64,000 bases of DNA from assembly GCA_965112155.1 (NCBI GenBank), contig OZ218102.1. One strand, given 5' to 3'. A program made the position numbers and the translations under genes. The first letter of the stretch is position 1. Every line of letters starts with the position of its first letter. Positions 47,052 through 60,264 of the stretch are shown in pieces. Origin of the DNA: Podarcis liolepis (lineage: Eukaryota). The notes beneath the pieces were generated by a model. That model did no database searches. It was not told the origin of the DNA and saw nothing but the letters and a program-made list of their open reading frames with translations.

Positions 47052-48741
47052 CTTTGATTCTACAATTTGTCCTGGGGAGTGGATTTTTATTATTTTAAAA
47101 AATGCCTTGCAAACAACAGGTGATTCTAAAATTGTGCAGCAGATGAAGGCTAAAAAAATGCTCACTGGAAAGTTTTAAATGTACAATATTACATCTTAAC
47201 TACCCCCATCCTTCCACAATGCCTCTTAACAGGCTTCTAGAAGTCACACCGACAAGGTTACAAGGCCATTTCTATTCTCTGGCAAAAGGCATTTTTCAAT
47301 AGGTCTCCCTTTCTGTATCGTTAGACCCCAAAAAATTGGTGCACTCAAAATCCATTGCAAGGCTTTCATGTTATTTGAAACACAACCTAAATTCTAGGTG
47401 GGAATCAAACTTGTTTTTTTCTGTACATCTCACGGGTATTCAATCATAAAAAGAGTTCCTTACCCTTTTGTCTTTATATGACCTTACAAAAGGTTGGTAA
47501 GAAGCAGTTAGAAATGAAAACAAGTAGGGAGAGAGAATTGTGGCTTATAAATTTTGTGTATGATGCATATTCAGGACTGGCTGTACAAATACCAGAACTA
47601 TACCTCATCTTCCTTTCCCCCAGTCTGCTGGACCCTGTATTATGAGGAACTGCTCAAAACTTGATTCAGCACTTCCCCTATCCTATCTGCTTCCCCTTCT
47701 AAGTTGGCACAAATTTCTCCCCCTCCATTCTTTTCCCAGCCATATTACTGTGCTCAGTGAGCCATTTTCTCAGTGCCAAATCCTGGATATAACTAGGGAA
47801 GTACAGATGCATACTGAGAAATGTAATCAGTATTATGGAAGTTATTCTTTGTTGCAACGCAGGAACCTGCATCAACATTTTGCTTTAGGGAGAAACCTGG
47901 AGGTACCTAAGCACTGGGCAACTTCTTCTAAGAAATTTCGTGACTCGTATCTGAATATGTTGCTTCCTTGATAACTGGATTGCTAAGCTGAAACCTCCAC
48001 ATTCACCTTGTCTTTTCTCGTTCGGTGAAATTCAGTAGCAAACTTTGGAGCAAAAGTGGGGAATCTGTGGCCCTTCAGATGCAATTGACTTTCCTGAGGA
48101 TTACTCTCATTTAAGAAAAATGCAGTCTTTGCTGAGCTTCATAAATGCAAAATTGTTCACAGGATTCTTGCTCAAATTCTAAAGAAAGATTTTGCCATCT
48201 GTTCTTGAGCAAGGCTTCCATATGCTAGGATTCCCCCCCCCCCAGAAGAATCTGAATTTCTACCCAAAATTACCACTTTAATATTAATATAATAGAATAA
48301 TATGGTCATGGATGCCTGAAATTGTAGTCCAGGAACATGGGGGGGGGGGAGATTCTGCTCGATGCAGAATGGTGTACCCTTCAATGAATCGATTACAGCA
48401 TTAACAGCAATATTGCTAATTACTCTTTGATGTTGATGTATGCTTGCCTTCTAAAATGTGAAGAGCTTGTCCGGAGCCAAATGCTAAACACCTAGTGGGC
48501 TGCATGATTCTGTAATTCTTTGGTTATTCACATGACTGCTGTCAGTGAGGGTGGGTGGTCCAAAAAAGGAGATATAACTGGGAGTTGACATGAGATTTGG
48601 CTTTTCATGTAACACACTACTAATGTACTAATGTGTACACACCTCATTTTCATTCTTTAACACAGGTCTTATTCTTTTACACTTTGTTTGTTTGTATCAT
48701 ACCTTCCTCCAAGAAGCTCAGAAAGGCATATATGTGAAATA

Positions 48742-48862
48742 AGAATCACAGAATCATAGACTCATAGAGCTGGAAGAGTCATCTGGTCCAATGCAGGAAT
48801 CTCAACAAGAATTCATACATGACAGGTGGCCATCCAACCTCTGCTTTAAAAACTCCAAGCAA
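48742..48862 (-). mobile_element. CR1 3' end fragment
   Basis: AGAATCACAGAATCATAGACTCATAGAGCTGGAAG...GGCCATCCAACCTCTGCTTTAAAAACTCCAAG. Confidence 0.8.
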
Positions 48863-50342
48863 GTTTTGTTCTTGACAACTGGGCACTCTTTTAAAGTGAT
48901 CAAGGCAACATTAATCAGCCCTAACACCCAGATAAACTATATTCAAGTACTGCTAGTGGGTGTAAAATAAAATCTTCATAGCAAAAACACTATGTGAAAT
49001 GTTTGTATTATCACACTTGGCACACCTTCTCTGTATAAAGTATTAATTCCAAAGGATTACACCAGGCTTGGAAATAGATGTGGGAGATAACGGAACTGTC
49101 AATGTGCCATAAATGGCTGTATCTAGCCGGTGGGTAGTAAAAACACAGACATACACACACAAAAGAAAACTTTGGCTAGTAACTTACATGGACTTATTTA
49201 CAAGGTTGGATTAAAAAAACAAGACCATGGGGCAAGCCTTCAACTAACAATAGGTTTTCCTACTGTGAGGGTGAAAACCTTAGGTACAAGGACTCCCTCT
49301 CACTGACTATGCAGTCACCAAAGACTCTGATCTCAGAATCTGCACAGGAACCTAGATGCACTCTCAGCTCTCACAACAAATATGTGCGAACATCTCTTAG
49401 CAACAGCTGGTCATAAGCAAGCAAAGAAAGGCAACATTTCCCATTTAAAGCATCCCACTTATGCATTATAAAGTAAAGTGAGAGAAGTCGAGGAAGGGAG
49501 AGAGACTTCATCCAAAGCACTTATGTTGCAACGAAATGTTTCTGTGCTTCTAAGAGAAAACGCACCCTTGATTATCCTCAATTGCCTTATCCTTACAAGG
49601 AGGTTAAAGTTTGATATAGATATTGCTCTCATGTTGATTTTTCAGGGCCTAAATGAGAAATCTCAAGTTTTGGCGGCATGGACTCCAGCTTAGGCCGCAA
49701 CCATAACCCCACTTACCCGGGAGCAAGTCTCAGCAAGACTTACTTCTAAGGAAGCATGGTTAGGTTTCTACCCCTAAATGGGAGCTGTCTGTGGACGCAG
49801 ACCTGAAAGTTTTATTAAAAACATAGACGGAATGGGGGCTTGCAACACCATCCTCTGCAACTGGCAGGAAATGTGAATCTTGTTTATTGGTCATACATGG
49901 AATAAATATTGGACTTTCCTGCTTTTTCACTGCAGGCTCCATTTTTCCACCACAGCACAAGCCACTAAACACTGGGGATCCTGAACTTGAATCCAGGTCT
50001 AAATGTGGGTCTGGGTCCCATAGTTTCAACTTGGCACTGACTCAAGAAAAAGAGGAGGGAGGGGTGTCAGAGAAATATTATTTGGCCAACCTCTGTTAGT
50101 ATGAGTGTCTGGAAGCATTTAATTGTGAAGAATTTTGCATCAAGAAGACTGGGTACATTTGCACTCCTTGCACTTGGGGAGCTGAGGTCCTTTGTATTTC
50201 TTACTTAAATGCCAATACCTAAAATAACAATAACACTAACGTAAAGTGGTCAAGATTCACATGACCACTTGGGCACGAGAAAGTGTGGATTCCTGGGCAA
50301 GACTTAATGGTGTGTCATATGCCCAAATGAACAAAATAAAGC

Positions 50343-50827
50343 GTTGTATTCAGCTAATACTCAGAACAGACCCATTGGAATTAATGGCCATGACTAATTT
50401 AAAAGGTAAAGGTAAAGGGACCCCTGACCATTAGGTCCAGTCGCAGATGACTCTGGGCTTGTGGTGCTCATCTCGCTTTACCGGTTGAGGGAGCCGGTGT
50501 ACAGCTTCCAGGTCATGTGGCCAGCATGATTAAGCCACTTCTGGCGAACCAGAGCAGCACACGAAACACCGTTTACCTTCCTGCCGGAGTGGTACCTATT
50601 TATCTACTTGCACTTTGTGCTTTCGAACTGCTAGGTTGGCAGGAGCAGGGACCGAGCAACAGGAGCTCACCCCGTCGTGGGGATTTGAACCACCGACCTT
50701 CTGATCGGCAAGCCCTAGGCTCTGTGGTTTAGACCACAGTGCCACCCGCATCCCTAAATGACTACTTTAGGGTCCATTAAATTCAATGCATTTGCTTCTC
50801 TGAGTAAAAGTTAACCGAATAACAACC
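50343..50827. mobile_element. Short palindromic element (about 115 bp before insertion) split by a Sauria SINE
   Basis: Arms GTTGTATTC..ACTCAGA..CATTGGAATTAATGG and CCATTAAATTCAATG..TCTGAGTA..GAATAACAAC. A related decayed copy lies at about 11065-11160. Confidence 0.65.
50402..50754 (-). mobile_element. Sauria SINE, full length
   Basis: Reverse tail AAAGGTAAAGGTAAAGGGACCCC through to GCCACCCGCATCCC. Imperfect TSD ATGACTAATTTA / ATGACTACTTTA. Confidence 0.95.
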
Positions 50828-51994
50828 CAAAATCTATTGCTTCTCTGAAGATTCATTGCTTGCTGCACAGTCTGTAATTGAAAGCTTGTTGTGATGGATG
50901 GTGTTAAGCAACTGGGAAGGATGACTAAGGCTCCAGTTCATCCTCAGCCAGGATGCTCACTGCAGAACATCCAGATTCAAACTGCATCTCAGCCCACCTC
51001 ATAGGGCTGTTGTGAGAATCCTGCACTGGGTAACAAGTGGCCAAGTTGTTCTGCTTCTTCATTCCTTGGAGTTGCAGTAAAGCACTCCCATAGAAGGCAC
51101 CAAAAATGGCAGGGAAAATGTTTGTTGTAACTTGAAACTTCTCACCTGCTTTGCTTTATGGTTATGCTGTGGACTCATGACAGTCAATCCTTCCTATTGA
51201 TCTGTGGTCATCACCACAAAATGCAAATCAAACACCGATTTCTCCTTGACAAACCTAACATGCATTTTAAAGAGATAAAAGATGCCTTTGAGTGGTGTCT
51301 GAACGCCACATTTCTCCATTCCATTGATAGCAACAGACGCTCTTCTCTTGCGATGGCATTAATCTCCCCCGTGGTATAACACCAAAGTAGGAAATACTTA
51401 GCATGGGTATGTATATAGATTAATGTGTGCCGTGTGATGTGTGTTCAGGGACCTGCGTTAGGTTATAAATAAGGATTAGCATAACTTTAGGGAGATTAAT
51501 GTGTGGCAACTTGGGCCTGTTTCCTTACAGCAGAAAAAGATCCCAGGCAATTCTGACTATACAAGAGGAGGGGTACAAATTGAGGCTTGAGAAATAATGG
51601 CCAGTTGAGGGGAGAAATCCCATGGAGTACTGTAAGGTCCTGGGACTACCCTTGAGAACTATTTGGACACCTCAGTTGGTGCAAAACACACCAGCTAGGA
51701 TTCCTAACTAGGACTAGTCTTGTGGATGATATCCTCACCAGTTGCATAATGGCTCCTAGTCTATTCCAAAACACAATTTGTGGTGCTGTTTCTTACATTC
51801 AGAACTCAAGAGCTGGAAGGGCCACATTCTCTCGTAGTAACTTGTCCAAACATTAAAATAGTATTCAGAGACTTTTCTCTAAGCTCCCTCTGAAGAAAGA
51901 GGGACAGTGATTAGCAAAACAGCCTTCTCTGTGATGCTGCCAATTAGGGGTATAACCTGGTGTCCATTCTTTATTTATGTTTTTCAACACCAAG

Positions 51995-52175
51995 GAAAGT
52001 GTTGGACAAGGACCAGAGAGATCTGGGTTCAAATCAATACTCTGCTCATTAGGCTGGGCCACTCACTATGTCTCAACCTAACCTACCACACAAGGTTGTT
52101 GTAATAATAAAATCATATATAATACTCTGGGCTCCTTGGAGGAGTTGGATATACATTAAATAAACAAACAAACAA
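51995..52175 (+). mobile_element. Old Ther1/Squam3-like SINE
   Basis: AGTGTTGGAC.AGGACC..AGAGATCTGGGTTCAAATC...CTCAACCTAACCTACCACACAAGGTTGTTGT, with an (AAAC/AAAT) tail. Confidence 0.65.
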
Positions 52176-52289
52176 ATGCTCAGCTGTAATGTAATGTCTC
52201 AGCTATACTTTAACTTGGATTTGTTTGGTTTTTTCCATTATGAGATAGTTTTGTATACTGCTACTCTCAGTTCTATTTCTTGTTCTAAT

Positions 52290-52379
52290 CATAGCTGTCA
52301 ACTTTTCCCTTTTCTTGCGAGGAATCCTATTCAGAATAAGGGAATTTCCCTTTAAAAAAGGGAAACGTTGACAGCTGTG
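52290..52379. mobile_element. 90-bp hAT MITE
   Basis: TIRs CATAGCTGTCAAC.TTTCCCTTTT / AAAAGGGAAACGTTGACAGCTGTG. Perfect TSD GTTCTAAT (52282-52289, 52380-52387). Confidence 0.9.
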
Positions 52380-52904
52380 GTTCTAATCTGGGGCAGCCTG
52401 TTTTGACTCAGCCCCAATTAAGTTTCACTGCAAGCTCTTCCAGTCTCACATTTCCTTAAAAAGGGCTCTATGAATGGCACTGGCCTCACTGAATACTACA
52501 GCCATGAAGCTGGGCGTAACAGAAGTAGCTGTCTGGATTACTATCTAGGTTAAGCAGGCCCTACAGTGCAGCTAACACACTAGCAGCTGCCAGGCGCATG
52601 GCTGCTTTTGACGGCGTTCAAAATCACCCAGCTTATCCTTCAGTTTCGTCATCAATGGTGGATCATAATATACTGGATACTATTTAGAGCCCAAACAAGT
52701 ATTCATGCTGTCACAATGGTATTCTCTGCAGGAGTGGCCAAAGCAGACACAAATATCATTGCACCTCTCCAGCAACACAGGAATCACACACCCTTCCAAC
52801 ATTTCACAGAAGAAAACCAGGATGTCACCCTCCTCTAGTTATTGAACCCCCATTCTCACTACCCCATCATTTCCTATCCCCATTAGGCACTGCCAGCTGT
52901 TGGT

Positions 52905-53043
52905 GCTGAGGAATCGCTCAGTAGGAACAGTGTAAGACTCTTAATCTCAGGGTTGTGGGATTGAGCCCCACACTTGCATTGCAGTGAGCTGGACAAGATG
53001 ATCCTCATGGTCCCTTCCAACTCTACAATTCTACAATTCTATG
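52905..53043 (+). mobile_element. tRNA-Lys-derived SINE with a CR1-type 3' tail
   Basis: GCTCAGTAGG...GACTCTTAATCTCAGGGTTGTGGG.TTGAGCCCCAC resembles tRNA-Lys(CTT). It is fused to GGACAAGATGATCCTC.TGGTCCCTTCCAACTCTACAATTCTACAATTCTATG, a CR1 3' end. Confidence 0.8.
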
Positions 53044-53261
53044 TTCTGGGTTCATTTATTTTGCATCAGCCGGTCTTGAACCAACTGAAAAAGAAAGAGG
53101 GTGCCTGATCTTCTGAGTAAAGGTATACCAAGCATAATTGCCCTACCATCAACAGTTAAAAATGAATCCCACTTCCCACAGCAGCATATGAAATGTCAAG
53201 CCACACCCTGCATGGCATCTTATTTGTTTTATTCTTACATTTGTGTTCTGGCTTTTTTATA

Positions 53262-53675
53262 GGGGGCAGATGGGGCACATCAACTTGGGAAGGTGGCCAA
53301 TCTAGGAAAAGGTAGACTGTGATTCTGAACCTCCATTGCCTTGTCAGATATCTTCAGGAGAAGAAAAGACTAAGGAGTAAACCATATGCAAATCTAGAGT
53401 GGAGTCCTTAAGACGTTTGGGTGGCACCTTGTACGCCTCCTTCTGACAACTCCTGCAGCCAATCTGGTGCTACACGTATTGCCCTGCTTTCCTTTGGACC
53501 CCATCAGTGAGGCCAAGAGGGGGGTCTTATCATCCGAGCAGCCCAGGACCTCAATACAAACTGCCCAAACTTGCATCCCAAGGAGGTCATTTTGGTGCTG
53601 CTAACACAGTGGTTTGACTTCACCCTTGGCACAGCTCTCCATTGTCTCTCGAGACAGACAGATGCCAACAACAAC
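53262..53675 (+). mobile_element. Non-autonomous retroelement with (CAA)n tail (possibly RTE-clade dependent)
   Basis: Ends GAGACAGACAGATGCCAACAACAAC. A second 3' fragment at 22163-22235 shows it is repetitive. Clade is inferred from the tail only, and the 5' boundary is approximate. Confidence 0.55.
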
Positions 53676-53689
53676 CAATAATAAGTTCC

Positions 53690-53886
53690 AGCTTTTCATC
53701 AAAGGAACTTAAGGTGTTCTGCATGGCTCTCCTCCTCCCTGCTTTGTCTTCACAACAACCCTGTAAGGTAGGTTAGGCAGTGAGTTAGTGACTGGCCCAA
53801 GATCACCCAACGAGCTTCACAACTGAGTGGTGATTTGAACCTTGGTTTTCCAGGTCCAAGTCTGACGCTACTATACCAGGCTGGCT
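53690..53886 (-). mobile_element. Old Ther1/Squam3-like SINE
   Basis: TCACAACAACCCTGTAAGGTAGGTTAGGC...GACTGGCCCAAGATCACCCA...GATTTGAACC...CTACTATACCAGGCTGGCT. Confidence 0.75.
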
Positions 53887-54916
53887 AATAACACTGTCCT
53901 AGCATTCAAGATGCATGGTGCATCTACCATCTACTCCACAACATTTAATTTATTTACACTTAAAGGAAAAAAGCTGGAAGCCCAAGACTGGCAATTCTAG
54001 CAAATTGTGCCAACAAAATCCAACAACAATAATAATCTGAAAACCCCCTTGTAAAAAAAATGAGAAAGAAAACAGGTACCAAAAAAAGAGAGTATATGCC
54101 ATTGAATAAGCCAATAGTTCTATACTATCATAACAGGAACAATAATTAATGGGTTGTAACAGAGATAATGGGCCACTTTATATTTAAAACAACGGTGAGC
54201 TTACAGATTGAAATGTATCTTTTTAGCTTCTCTCTCTTTTTTTGTTTAAAGCAAATAAAATCCAGCATTTGAAAACCCAAATAATTTCTCTCTCACACAC
54301 AAGCTAGGAATGCCCCATTCGGAATATGACAACCCTAGGGGGCAGGACATATGTACCAGCAGGATTAAAACACAGCATTTGACAGCAACTTCAGGCTGCT
54401 GAGTGGCCATGTTGTTCCTGCAATCATTGTATGCAAATCGTGACCCAATGGAGCCACCCATCTGAGGTACCATTATCTTCAAAACAGTGCAGATACTACA
54501 AGGCACGCTTGTCCTAAATGGTCGAATATGATCCAAGCCAACTGGGGGCTAGGGAAGGGAGCGAAGAAACAGCAGGGATAACAAAAAAAAAAAAAAAACA
54601 CCTGGCTAGGATTCAGAGGCAAGCTTCTGTTGGCACAGTTCCTGCAATATGCACAGAAATCCTCTAATCTGCTGGACCATCCTTCTGGGATATTACACCG
54701 GCACAAACATTTATTACACACATAGACACAAATGAAATAAATCTTAACACAATTTCGTGTGTGTGTGTGCGTGCACACACACAAAGAGTTTTTTGACATT
54801 GAAGGCTGGTTACCAGACCCAAGTATCTGCACAGATAAACTGAAGGGAAAATCCTACCTACTATGGTGGAGTGGAATCCCCATTGATACAAATAATACAT
54901 TTTGAGAATTACTGTA

Positions 54917-55158
54917 CAGGGGTACCTCGGTTTACATATGCTTCAGGTTACAGAAGCTTCAGGTTACAGACTCCGCTAACCCAGAAATAGTACCTCAGGT
55001 TAAGAACTTTGCTTCAGAAAGAGAACAGAAATCATGCTCTGGCGGCATGGCAGCAGCAGGAGGACCCATTAGCCAAAGTGGCGCTTCAAATTAAGAACAG
55101 TTTCAGGTTAAGAACAGACCTCTGGAACAAATTAAGTACTTAACCCGAGGTACCATTG
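54917..55158 (-). mobile_element. Tc1/mariner MITE, family A copy 3
   Basis: TA-CAGGGGTACCTCGG...CCGAGGTACCATTG-TA. Reverse complement of the 1435-1676 family. Confidence 0.92.
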
Positions 55159-55395
55159 TAGTTACACAAGTGACAAAATGAATGACATGCATGTCAGCAT
55201 CTGGAAGTCAGGGCTATCAAGAGCAAAAACAAAGGAAGACAGAAAGGAAAGGCCCAGAAAGAAGGAAACAACGAGTCAGTCAGTCAACATCTGGCAATAC
55301 AACCATGGCCACCTCTCTTGTAGACCACATCTGGGGCTGTGACCTGATGCAGAAAGGTTTCTACAAGGCTCCCAAGGTTAGGCCAAAGCTCTATT

Positions 55396-55478
55396 TCATA
55401 GAATCATAGAATCATAGAGTTGGAAGAGACCACAAGGGCCATCGAGTCCAACCCCCTGCCAAGCAGGAAACACCATCA
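55396..55478 (-). mobile_element. CR1 3' tail fragment (appears younger than the others)
   Basis: Clean (CATAGAAT)n followed by CATAGAGTTGGAAGAGACCACAAGGGCCATCGAGTCCAACCCCCTG. Confidence 0.85.
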
Positions 55479-58009
55479 TTTGAGAGATCCTTTGAGCGAG
55501 ACAAGAGAGGGTAGTTCAATTGGGCTAGCCATTTATTATATGAAGCTGAAATGACTTAAAAATTATAGCGTTTTCGCCTCTCACATCTCAGCCACTTAAT
55601 ATATACAAAACTGCCACCTTGAGTATACTCCTATGATTACAAGGATGTCTCAACTCCCTCTAAATCACAGGAGATGCTAATGAAGTTCTGTCTATTGCTA
55701 ACTTTAGATATTCCATATGCAAAGCAATCAGTTAACGCCACAATATCTGCTGCTCCCTAGAGACACCAGCACTTGAATAATTCAGCTCCCTTTTGTTACA
55801 GATCACAGGCACATACTTCTTTACACTGCAGAAAATAACTCTTTCTGCTCAACTAAAAATTCCCAGTTTATGCTTGTCTGATGTTGTAATGCTTGTGAAC
55901 CATTTGCTAAAAAGTAGAGGTGGGTGCATCACCCATGGTTTGCATGAGAAAAATTCTGAGCCATTTCTTCTTTTTTAACAGGGGGGAGGGAATCATTACA
56001 AAGCAGTCCAAACTTGGCACCTTAGGTGTTGAGTTAGTCCAAGGGTAGAGGAGGAAACAGCACACAGTGCATCCTACGCTGTTGAAAGGATTTCTCCTAA
56101 TTCCTGGTAAAAGCTAGCACTGCTTACTCAGAAAGTAATTTAGGAGCTTTTGGATGTTGCTATTTTAATTCTAATTTATGTGAGGTTGGTGGTAGGAGAA
56201 AGACTGATAAAGCAGCTTGCATATAAGATGAAAGGTTAAAATACAGAATACAAATGGCAAACAAATTTTTTAAATAAACTTTCAGCATAGAGTGTCTACA
56301 AATTGCAGCATTCACTTTAATAATCGGAAGGATGCATAATCCAAGCCCTTAAGTTTACAAAGCTGACATCTGGCCTTGCCTCAAGGACATTTAGTTACTT
56401 GAGTGTGGCTGAGATTTGTCACAAAGGTGGCAAACCCACATGAGGTGCAATGTGGTGCTTGCTGCTTGGAGGCAAGAGAAATGTGTGGAGAAAGTAGGCA
56501 CAGGAAAACACTGAAGCCCAGACCTAAAAGGAATGAGTCATCCTTTGCATCTAGATAAATCTTGATCTTGCAGAATTACTCATGAAGAAAAATCTTCTTT
56601 ATCCAAGTGCTTCTCAAAGCACAGGATTTCCTGATTGTGACTTATTTATTCCACAAGACATATCTGAGGTCACGGGTTTATGAAAAGCAAAGAGTGAAAA
56701 TAAAGGAATTAGATATACAGGAGCAAAATATACACAGCTTGATTATCAAACCTCCTGCCAACTGCACCAACATTTTGAATGGGCAACTGGCAGCCTATGT
56801 AAGCTAGGCCTGCTAAAACAACAACCAACTCAGTCCTCAGCAGCCTTTTCAATCTGAAATCAAGATACAGCAAAGATGTTTTGCCCAGTTCTTTTAACTG
56901 TAAGGAAGCAGACTGGGTCCAGATTTCTGAGAACAGAGTTTCACTTGCAGAATACAGATGTCTGCTCCCCTTTCAACATTGCAGCCCCCTGCGGTCTCCA
57001 AAAATCTCTGGATGTTTGGTGGTTCCTCTGGAATAGTGTAAGACAGGACAAGTGTGGGAAACCTTTGGCCTTATAGATGTTACTGAACAAAAACTCCCAC
57101 AAACCCTGGGCCCTGGCCATGCTTTTTTGGACTGGTGGGAGTTGCAGCTCAGCAGCCCTGGCTGTGACAAAATTCCTCTTGAAGGTAATAAGAATTAGAA
57201 ATCAACATGCTCTGGATAAAACACAATGACTGCCTAGCAATGTTTCCCCTGTATCTTGCTTTCAAAATTGTTTTAGTGGGTCGTTAGACTATAATAAAGA
57301 ATGTGTATATGTGCCTGACCACTGGATGTGAGGGGGCTGAGCTGCTCAACCAACACCACATTTAATTCCATTCCTACTCCAGTTAGCCTCAGGAGAACTG
57401 TTTTGATAAATAGGCTCAATTCAACACAGAGACAAAGACACACTGTCAGTGTTCAGGTCCTCAAAGAAAGCATGAGGGCATAAAGTGAGATGGGGACATT
57501 TATGTTGCCACCACCCACGATGCAGTGTTCAAAATTAGCCAGGCACCAGGCGCATTTTGCACCTGTCTATTGGCCACTTGCGACCAAGTGAAGATGCCTG
57601 GGTGCCACAATGGTGCCTTATACCTCCACCATTGGGTTGGCTGGCGCACAGCAGCTCCCACCCCCCCCACCCCCGCTTTGCTATGACATGAGTCAGATTT
57701 TAGCTGGAGTTCATAATATACACAATTCATTTTCAGCTTTGTAATCTTTAAGGTGCCCATAACCTAGGTTTAAGTGGTCATATGGTAAATAGCTTTTTGC
57801 AAAACTGCCACCATGTCCCCACCCATGCCTCATTCCCAGCTTGCTTCCACTGAGTGGCAAGGTGAAAAGGGGTTTTGTAAGAAAATTTGGCTGAACAAAC
57901 TTAAAGTCTCCCTATGATTGGGAACCTTGAAAATACAAGGGGAGAATGAATGATTTCCAAAGCTATGTTTCCGCAGCACAAATTCAAAATTGGAATATTA
58001 TAGTTATTG

Positions 58010-58545
58010 ATAGTGGGGGAGTGAATAGGACCTTAACCTGCCCTATGGAGGACTCTGTAGCAGAGCTGATCTCAGCAGAAAGCAGAACTTGAAGTCAACA
58101 GATAGGCATTAATATCCAGCTCCCTGGGATTTGCTGTGTTACTCTGCAGCCAGCTGACCCTTTAAAGGGCTTGCAAACAGCCAAACTGGGCTCACTGCAA
58201 ACACATTCTGCCTTGTAAAAAGCCCTGCTCAGTGCCTTTAAGAGAGAATAGTCAACTGATGGGCAATGCTTCAAAGCTGAAGGGCTCTTTGCAAGCCCCA
58301 AGCCAAGAACACTGTTTGGTGCTTTGAAGTACCAATAGTCAGCTGATTGACAGAACTTCAAAGCACCATGCAAGGCTCTTTGCGAGCTCTGAATGGTGCT
58401 TTGAAGATTGTTGTGACTTCAGAGCACCCCATCACCTGACATCATTGTGACATCAGTTGAGTGTTGGGTGGGCAGCTCCACCAACTTGATGAATTGGGCC
58501 CACATGGGGTAAGAGAAGTGGCCAGATCCAGTTCCCCACCCAATC
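58010..58545. mobile_element. Degraded DNA-transposon-like repeat with internal inverted repeats
   Basis: Repeated GGTGCTTTGAAG / CTTCAAAGCACC inverted motifs and a terminus CAGTTCCCCACCC. Boundaries uncertain. Confidence 0.4.
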
Positions 58546-60264
58546 TAAATGCTGGCATTGGGGGAGATTCAAAAGCATCAGTTTCAAGTTAATAAATGAT
58601 AGTTGCTCAACACACCTGAGAGTTCGTGATGTTTACTAACTCTTTCCCCTTTGTGTGATCACCCTCAAGTCTGCATGTGTGCATGGTTTCAAGGAGACAG
58701 TAGTGGGTCCAGCTGTGGTCTAATGATTTCAGTGATTAGGGCAGAAATAAGCATTTGGTGTACTTTATATTGTATTTTCCATGAGATCGTGCATACTCGA
58801 GGGCAGGAACCTAATATGTGCTAAAGCTAAATAACCAACACTTCTCAGTTAGTAGGAAAATCAGGGCACTGTGCATAAACATCAAGTGAGTCTATTGTAT
58901 ACATATGGCCTAACTACCTATAAATATTGGACTTGCCCAAAATAAAATCATTCATCGCTTACCAGAATATACAAACATGTACAGTATATTCATCCCAAGC
59001 TAGAAGTTGTTAAGGGTAACTGCCCTTTCCATTTTTGCAACGTATAATCACTATCCACAAGGGGAGGGGTGGAGGAATGTGGAAAATTACAGGATTAGTC
59101 AGAAGGGAGGCAGGACAAGATGGAATCAACTTAACATGAGCAATGCCTCCTGCTTTTGTCAGTGTATGTTTATTACAAGAAGAAAGCAGTTTACAAAATC
59201 CTCAGTGCATCTAGAAATTAAATCAAAGTTGCAATACGTTACTGTGAAATCTTTGCTGGCCTAGTACATACCCAATTTGCAACAAGGTTAATGTAATACT
59301 TTACTGTTCTAACATAATTGGCAGGATGTCTTACCAGGTACAAGGAATCTTCATGGGAGCCTCAAGCATTTATGTACAGGGAGTAGGGAGTGACTGTAAA
59401 AGTATCCCCCTCTTAAAAGTTGTCAGAACGGAAATGAAATGAAACCATGTGGCAAGAGTCGTCCTGAGCTAAAAATGACTGTATTCTGCTGAGCTTTTCA
59501 GCAGTGCCCAAAATGCCTTGCTTTTTGTAGTAGTATTTTGACTTTGGGGGCCATTTATTTATTTAAAATGCTCTCTTGGTGATGTCATCATGCAGCTAAG
59601 TCTGATTGGCTGCATAGTGTTGTGACATCACCCTGTTTATAGCGTACTCTCCGGTGCCTGTTCTCTCTTCATGCTGCAGCCTCCCTATGTTGCTGCAAAA
59701 TTCTCAGTCCTCCCCAGGTACCCTCCAGATGTTTGGGAATACAACTCCTATTGGTGCTATACTGACTGGAGCTGATGTGAGCTGTTGCCCAAAATGTCTG
59801 GAGGGCATCAAGTTGCGGAAGGTTCCCGTGAGTGGTGAAAATTTGCTATCATGTGCCTGTACCAAGAAGGAAGCAGCAACTAAGGGAAACAAAGGCATCA
59901 AAAAAGGTGAACATCTAGACTGTGTATTCATTAGCAGCCCACTGAAGTCTCGAAAGTAAAATAGATAATCTCCTGCACAGCCCCAAATGGCATAGCAGAC
60001 CTCTCTACTGTGCCTTTGGTGTTTTTCTTTCATGCCTAACCACCACTAAAAAGCTCATTTTGTAGTCCTTTCAAAATTCCCTCCACAAATATATCTCTCA
60101 TGGTTTTGTCAACCTTTGTTGCTGAAAATGTTGGCACTTTGGACTAAGTGCCTCTGAGCACATGCATTCTTTTCTCTTCTCTCCAGGAAAAAAAATTGTT
60201 AATTTGATTTTACTCTCCAATTTTGCCGACAATAAACACACCCAGTGGAATGCACCACATTATA

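Noticed and set aside
52905-52975. tRNA-Lys gene
   Set aside because: The acceptor, D and T arms are degenerate and the sequence runs into a CR1 tail, so it is a SINE head. The same applies to the Sauria and Squam3 heads.
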